A DNA stretch of 64,000 nucleotides from the human T2T-CHM13v2.0 reference genome, Homo sapiens, in assembly GCF_009914755.1 (NCBI RefSeq), contig NC_060947.1. One strand, written 5' to 3'. Below, piece after piece: positions 56,831-64,000 of the stretch. The notes below the pieces were generated by a model that was not told the origin of the DNA, did no database searches, and saw only the letters and a program-made list of their open reading frames with translations. A program made the position numbers and the translations under genes. Each line of letters starts with the position of its first letter. Positions within the stretch are counted from its first letter, which is position 1.

Positions 56831-58286
56831 AAAGAAACTAATAAAAGGGACTGAGTTACAGATACAATAGAACAAAAAATAATTTTCTATGGAAATCAGA
56901 TTCCATCTCTTTTGAGAATGGTTAAATAAGTGCATTGCTTGTATCTATGTGCCCAATACTTAGACAACTAAATATCAACATAATTACATCCAGTGGAAGT
57001 TCTTTGTAAGTGTCACGAATGGGAAACTTACAGTATATATATAATCTTTCTTAATGTGTATTTATTCATTCACTGGAATGAATAACAAAATAATAACAAA
57101 ACTTTTAATATTGAGATGTGTAGGAGGAAATGCAAGAAGGAAAAGAAAGAGAAAAAGAAAAATAATAGCTGATACCAGTTTTATGATGTAAATATAGTAT
57201 CTTAAATTGGTCAACACAAAGAGCAAGTACTGAAATAATTTAGTGGTTTGCTTTGGTAATGTATTTTAAGTTCCTTAAAATACTGCTCACTTATTATTGA
57301 CAACTTCCAGTCCAAATTATGTCTGTAGTATTAGGATTTGTTTTTATGTCTCAAGTGAAGAGTCCCACATACTCTGTAGACAATGTTCTTAGTCTTGTGG
57401 TTTCCACTTATAGCTTTACTATTATTTTATTGGATAATTTCTACTAGTCATTACCATCATTCTTGCAAATTTCTCTGGAAACTATGCTTTTATTAGTTTG
57501 AAAGTCTCCCATCCCTTACTGTGTGAAAATGATTCTTGCTGTGATTAAATGAGGAGCAAAAAGTCACTCGCAGCAGGTCTAGTGGCATTCACTCTTCTTT
57601 CATGCAGAGTAAATGGGACTGGTGGGCTTTCTACTGAAAATCATTTCTGGGATTTCTCAGAAAGAAGGCAGACTGTGTGAACCATATGTAGATGGGTTCT
57701 TATGGCTTCTCAGACAATCAGGGAAGGAAATTTTCTCACCTTCGCTTGACAAAGTTGAATACGTCCAGATTATTAGCATTAGTCACTTTTACAGATGTCC
57801 CAGTTTCCTCTGTGTGTACTCAAGCACAGATATTTCTTTTTGTATGTTTTTCCAGTTATGCCTTATGCTAAACCAAAGCAACTAGAAAATTGATAGGAAG
57901 ACTACTTGTAAGAGGAGGGAGCAACTAGAAATGGATAGTGGTTTAGTATAATGAGATTATCTCATCGGGTAGAAATTTATGTAGTATCTCTTTCTCTGCC
58001 TGTGTACTGCAATATATGGTTTCATGTTTAGTAGCTGTATTTTAAAAATAAGAAGGAAATAGTGAAAGAGGAAAAAGTCAAAAACTGATCCACTCTTTGA
58101 GCAAAGTTTTTTTTCAGAATTTTGTTAGTATTCATCATATACCAACTAGTTTACATATTTAGTTCTTTACAATGAAAATGATAAAAAATTATAAGCACAC
58201 ATTTTATGATTTTAAATTCAGATTATGAAAAATTCTATCTAATTTGTAAATAACATCTTTAACACCTGAGTGAGTTTACTTGCTCA

Positions 58287-58424
<138 letters not shown>

Positions 58425-58467
58425 TCAAATTGATGAAATAAAATTTTCAAGCATTTTTCCCCTTCTA

Positions 58468-58593
<126 letters not shown>

Positions 58594-58596
58594 TTA

Positions 58597-58812
<216 letters not shown>

Positions 58813-58915
58813 TCACCACCTATAGTGGTGAGTTTTTCTATATCCAGTCTGCCCATAAGCAACACATGTAGCCTAGTGGTCTAGTGGTAAACCTTTTTTA
58901 TTGGGTGGGTGTTTC

Positions 58916-59549
58916 TTTTTTTTTTTTTTAATTTATTAAAGTTCTGGGATACATGTGCAGAACGTACAGGTTTGTTACATAGGTCTACATGTACCATCGT
59001 GGTTTGCTGCACCCATCAACCCATCATCTAGGTTTTAAGCCCTGCATGCATTAGGTATTCATCCTAATGCTCTCCCTCTCCTTGCCCCCTACCCGCGACA
59101 GGCCCTGCTGTGTGATGCTCCCCTCCCTGTGTCCATGTGTTCTCATTGTTCAACTCCCACTTATGAGTGAGAACATGTAGTGTTTGGTTTTCTATTCCTG
59201 TGTTACTTTGCTGAGAATAATGGTTTCCAGCTTCATCCATGTCCTGGCAAAGGACAAGAACTCATTCTTTTCTTTATGGCTGCACAGTATTGCAGTACTC
59301 CATGGTGTATATGTGCCACATTTTCTTTATCCCTTCTACAATTGATGAGCATTTGGGTTGGTTCCAAGTCTTTGCTATTGTGAATAGTGCTGCAATAAAC
59401 ATATGTGTGCATGTGTCTTTATAGTAGAATGATTTATAATCCTTTGGGTATATACTCCGTGATGGGATTGCTGGGTCAAATAGTATTTCTGGTTCCAGAT
59501 CATTGAGGAATCACCACATTGTCTTCCGAAATGTTGAACTAATTTACAC
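58916..59549 (-). mobile_element. 5'-truncated L1PA8-like insertion inside the KIF2A pseudogene
   Basis: PolyT followed by L1PA 3'UTR/ORF2 end; KIF2A-derived sequence is continuous on both sides. Confidence 0.93.
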
Positions 59550-59594
59550 ACAAATACATATAACCGTGTTCATTAATAGGATATTCTGTTGTTA

Positions 59595-60042
<448 letters not shown>

Positions 60043-60269
60043 TGCAATTAGATTTTCTACGTATCTTCTGTTGTGCAGAGAAAAACTGTTCAGGAAGTTG
60101 ACCAGGTGTGCATGAGTAGAACCAATGATTTTTTTATCTCTCTTGGTGGAGAGTCATTGTTAATAGAAGCCACTACAGTCCATTAATTCTTTACAATCTT
60201 GTTTAACTTGCCTGAAGATGTTAGAGATGAGGGTGTTTCTATACTGGGTTAATTTTTTTCTGTCAGTTA

Positions 60270-60461
<192 letters not shown>

Positions 60462-61079
60462 TCATAGTGAATTTTAAAGGATGAATATAAAGTCATATAT
60501 ATATATTCCTCATCTAAATTATGTACACTACGTTATGACATATTATGTTAAAATACATTCTATTGGCAGTTGAGAAAGGTTACAAAGTTTCGAGCACATT
60601 TTAGAAATACAACCAAGTTAAATACTTAAAAAAATATATTTTTATAATGCAGGTATGGCATGATGTATCAATGAACCTATTGCTTTAGACATATTAATAT
60701 TCATGTTTATCCATTCAATTTTTAACTACCTTTCCAAAACTGCCACATCAGCTGGTTGTTCTAAAGTTGTTTCTAAATACACACATTTGTCTTTTCTCAG
60801 TAAAAACTTAAAAACAAAAACCTAGAAAACTAGATTGAAATTAAATGTGTGAAACATATTTTTCAAAAGGTACAAGTCAGAAACTAATAGATTTAAGAAT
60901 TGTTAGATACATTAATTAGTAATATTTTTAATAACTAGAAAAACAAAAATATTTGGTATTTGTTTTTTACCTTTAATGATACTGTATAACTGGTGACCTT
61001 TCTGTTATAAAATATTTATGATCTATGTTAAGTGATGAAAATTGAAGATAAAGAGGTTTATATTGGTGAATCATTATTC

Positions 61080-61530
61080 TGTGATAGTTTGAACTATTTA
61101 CTGACTAGCATTTCTTCCATCCTTTTTCTTGCCATTTTTCCTCTGCCTTGTTGGCTTTGTTCTTGGCCATGTTATTTTGCTGCATATAAACAGATGTTTT
61201 AAATGTAATTTTTGTGTGCTGTGCCCTCTTGCTCTGACTCTTCATCATTAAAATAGTATGTCCTAGGTAATGAATACATTCCTTCAGTGTAGATTCTGAA
61301 ATGAGAAGACTTGTGGAGCCATGTTTAACCAAATCTAGCTGAGCCTAGAATATACAGGCCCCACAGAGTCTAGTGAATCCAGCATAAAACAGCAAAGCCA
61401 AGAGAGCCCAATAGAGCTACAGTGTACTCAAGACCATAAAGTAAAGTAAGTAAGACATAAATGTTTGTTTTTTGAAGCCTCTGAGAATACATGGCTGTTA
61501 AAGCACAAAACCTTATGAAATCTGATCATT
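61080..61530 (+). mobile_element. old MLT1 (J/K-like) LTR
   Basis: gaaatgagaagacttgtggagc...ataaatgtttgttttttgaagcctctgaga. Confidence 0.5.
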
Positions 61531-62145
61531 ATACTTATCTAACACTGACTTGAAGAACTTTGAATTAAAATAGCCACTGTTGGCGTTTGTAGGTTCAATT
61601 GAGTCAGATTGGTTAACTCTTTGGTGTAATCAATTGCTACATTACTAATCATCAAAACAGAAGGAAACCCATAATACATGTGCTCATAGTTTTGTTAGAC
61701 CATGCTTACAGAACCCCTAGAGAATTAGGGAATCAGTGAGAGCAGAATAATACATACAATAATGACAGCAGTTTGGACCTTACTTGTAATCAACAAACTT
61801 GATTACAAACAAAATTTTAATAAAAAATAAGAAAAATAAAATCCTATAACAAAGCTTTTATTTGATCTTTACTGTAGGTTGTAGATTAGAACATTGTTAT
61901 TAATATAGAAGACTTATTCATCTTAAGCAGTTAGAGACCAAGTCGACTTCATTTATAAAGGATAATTTTATACTTATAGTCTGAAAGAGATGATGATCAT
62001 CACTAGAATTTGAGACAGAATTTATCAAAATTGATTTCTCAAATAATCATAGTTTGTAAAATTGTTTATAATTACCATGAGGCATTCAATTATTCCAAGA
62101 TAGGAGCATTTTTATTTAAAAAATAGAATGATTATTATAGTTTAT

Positions 62146-62182
62146 AATAGCAAAAACCGCAATTACTTTTACACCAACCTAA
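62146..62182. mobile_element. half MADE1 / Hsmar1 terminal inverted repeat
   Basis: aatagcaaaaaccgcaattacttttacaccaacctaa followed by TA. Confidence 0.85.
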
Positions 62183-62854
62183 TAGTTCATTTATTATGTC
62201 TTTAATACATGCCATGTGGAATGTCCAGAGGTCATTGTAAATAAACAGCATAAAGAGTCCCAAACATAGGGGAAACAAACAATCACATGAGCAAATTACA
62301 ATGATAACAAAAAGGTCAGTATTTGGAAAGGTTACTAAAGAGAAGCTTGATTGAAGATTTGGCATCTAATTGTGCCCAGAATCACAATGCTAATCTCTAT
62401 CAGTGTGTAGCATTCAGGACTTCTAAAGGTAGAGATGAATACACTCTCAGCAAGCAGTAGAAGGCCTATTGGGTTACCTGAAACCCATCAGTGTCACATA
62501 ACAATAACCTTTATTTTGGTATTCATCTTTAAATCTATCTCATACTGCTTCCCATTGTTGGCTTTGCATTTATTTATTTTTTAAGAAACCAAATCCAACT
62601 GAGATTGCAGCCAACACTGACTGTTACAGATAATTGTGCTTAAAAGCACAGCTATAGGTGGAGATATTTCCAACTCTTATTATTGATGCTGGCCCACATA
62701 ATGATAAAATGCTGTTTCAAAGGAATATTTAGAGTGTTATTTACACTGAATGAATCTGCTATAATTCTAGGACAAATAAGTGAAGAAATCTGAACTAAAT
62801 CACAAAATCACAAAAACACCAAGTAACAAACTTATCATATGTTTCCAGGAATCA

Positions 62855-63080
62855 TCTATTCATTCAATAATAATCAAGGATAGCCCACTGGGTGCTAGTC
62901 ACTATTATATGTCATAAGGATACAGCAGTCAGGAAGCATACAAGTTCATGCTTTCATGAGATATTCATCATTTTCTAGTTAGAGAGACAGACAAAAGAGG
63001 TAAACTAGTTTATACTTTATAGTTATATATTAAACAAATAATACAGAGTGATTTGGGAAGTGAGAATAATATATGAAGGC
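62855..63080 (-). mobile_element. L2 3' end
   Basis: attcattcaataa...gcccactgggtgctagtcact...ggatacagcagt...tctagttagagagacagac. Confidence 0.6.
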
Positions 63081-63099
63081 AAAATAAACAAGATTATGA

Positions 63100-64000
63100 C
63101 ATCTAGTTTCTAGTCTGGCATGTAAGGAGCTTGAAAGTCATTACTCCACCTTAGCAACAAGTATAAATCTAAACAAATTTCAAACCAAAAACTCTTTGTA
63201 GAGAACTACACCTGACCACAGCAGAGACCCTCAGACAGAAACCTTAAGTTAGAACCAGTAACAGAGTAAGAAAACTTAAACTGTAACTGACAAATAGCAG
63301 GAGGCTCATTGTGGACAAGTATGAGAGTTAAAAACTCCAGGGAATCCAGTATTAGAGGGCACGTCCATATTTTGTGAGTTTTGCTTTACCTGGTTTTTGC
63401 AGTACAGAGCTTAGAAAAGCTTCTTTGTGCCTCTGGAAGAGGGGAGGAAAAAGTAACCCTCTGAAATATCTCAAAGTCTTGTGTTCTTCTTAACAAGGCC
63501 TGCCCTTAAGAGAAACTATTTGACCACATCTTACCACCACATTGCTAAAGGCTCATTTACTATAGTTCATTTTATCATTTTATCCAGTATATTGTGTCAA
63601 GCTTTCAACTAAAAATTGCAAAACATACTAAGGAAACAGAGTTTCAAGAGACAGAGAAGGCATCAGAATCAGACACAGATATGAAAGGAATGTTGAGATT
63701 ATCAGATAAGCAATTTTAAATAACTATAATGAATACAGCAAGGGCAGTAATGGAAAAATTAGACAAAATGGAAAAAATAGATGGGTAATGTAAGGAAAGA
63801 GAAGAAAATGTTAAGAAACAATAAAAATAAATGTTAACTCTGTAACCAAAATAAAAAGAATGCCTTGGATGAGCTCATTAGTAGACTATATACAGCTGAG
63901 GAAACAATGTCTGAACTTGAATACAGGTCAATAGAATCTTCCACAACTACAATATCAAAAAGAAAAAAGACTGAAAAAATAAAATAGAAAATCCAAGAGG
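63100..64000 (+). mobile_element. L1MC-like 5'UTR and ORF1 start, runs off the window
   Basis: tctggcatgtaaggagcttgaaagtc... 5' end; ORF1-like gaatgccttggatgagctcattagtagact near 63860. Confidence 0.65.

Overview
AT-rich, repeat-saturated primate (human-like) genomic DNA, consistent with a gene desert or large intron. It contains no intact protein-coding gene, RNA gene or CRISPR array that I can support. Most of the window is nested transposable-element fossils: two ERV-L proviral remnants (1-7751 and 35442-37615), two long L1M/L1MA elements (14000-22070 minus; 37616-44470 plus), a two-LTR THE1D provirus, several MST/THE1/MLT1/MLT2/MER31 LTRs, three 5'-truncated L1PA inserts, five Alus, L2/MIR relics and DNA-transposon MITEs. 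The main non-TE feature is an old, decayed processed pseudogene of the kinesin-13 gene KIF2A (minus strand, about 58255-60465), split by an AluJ and an L1PA. It appears to record two splice variants of the parent mRNA, one of them a frame-shifting exon skip. Other points of interest are an MST provirus whose 5' internal region is replaced by L1 ORF2 sequence, a twin-priming-like inversion in an ancient L1, and four truncated elements that together suggest an old ~14 kb inversion. I found no convincing novel functional system. Subfamily names come from remembered consensus sequences and need RepeatMasker/Dfam confirmation.
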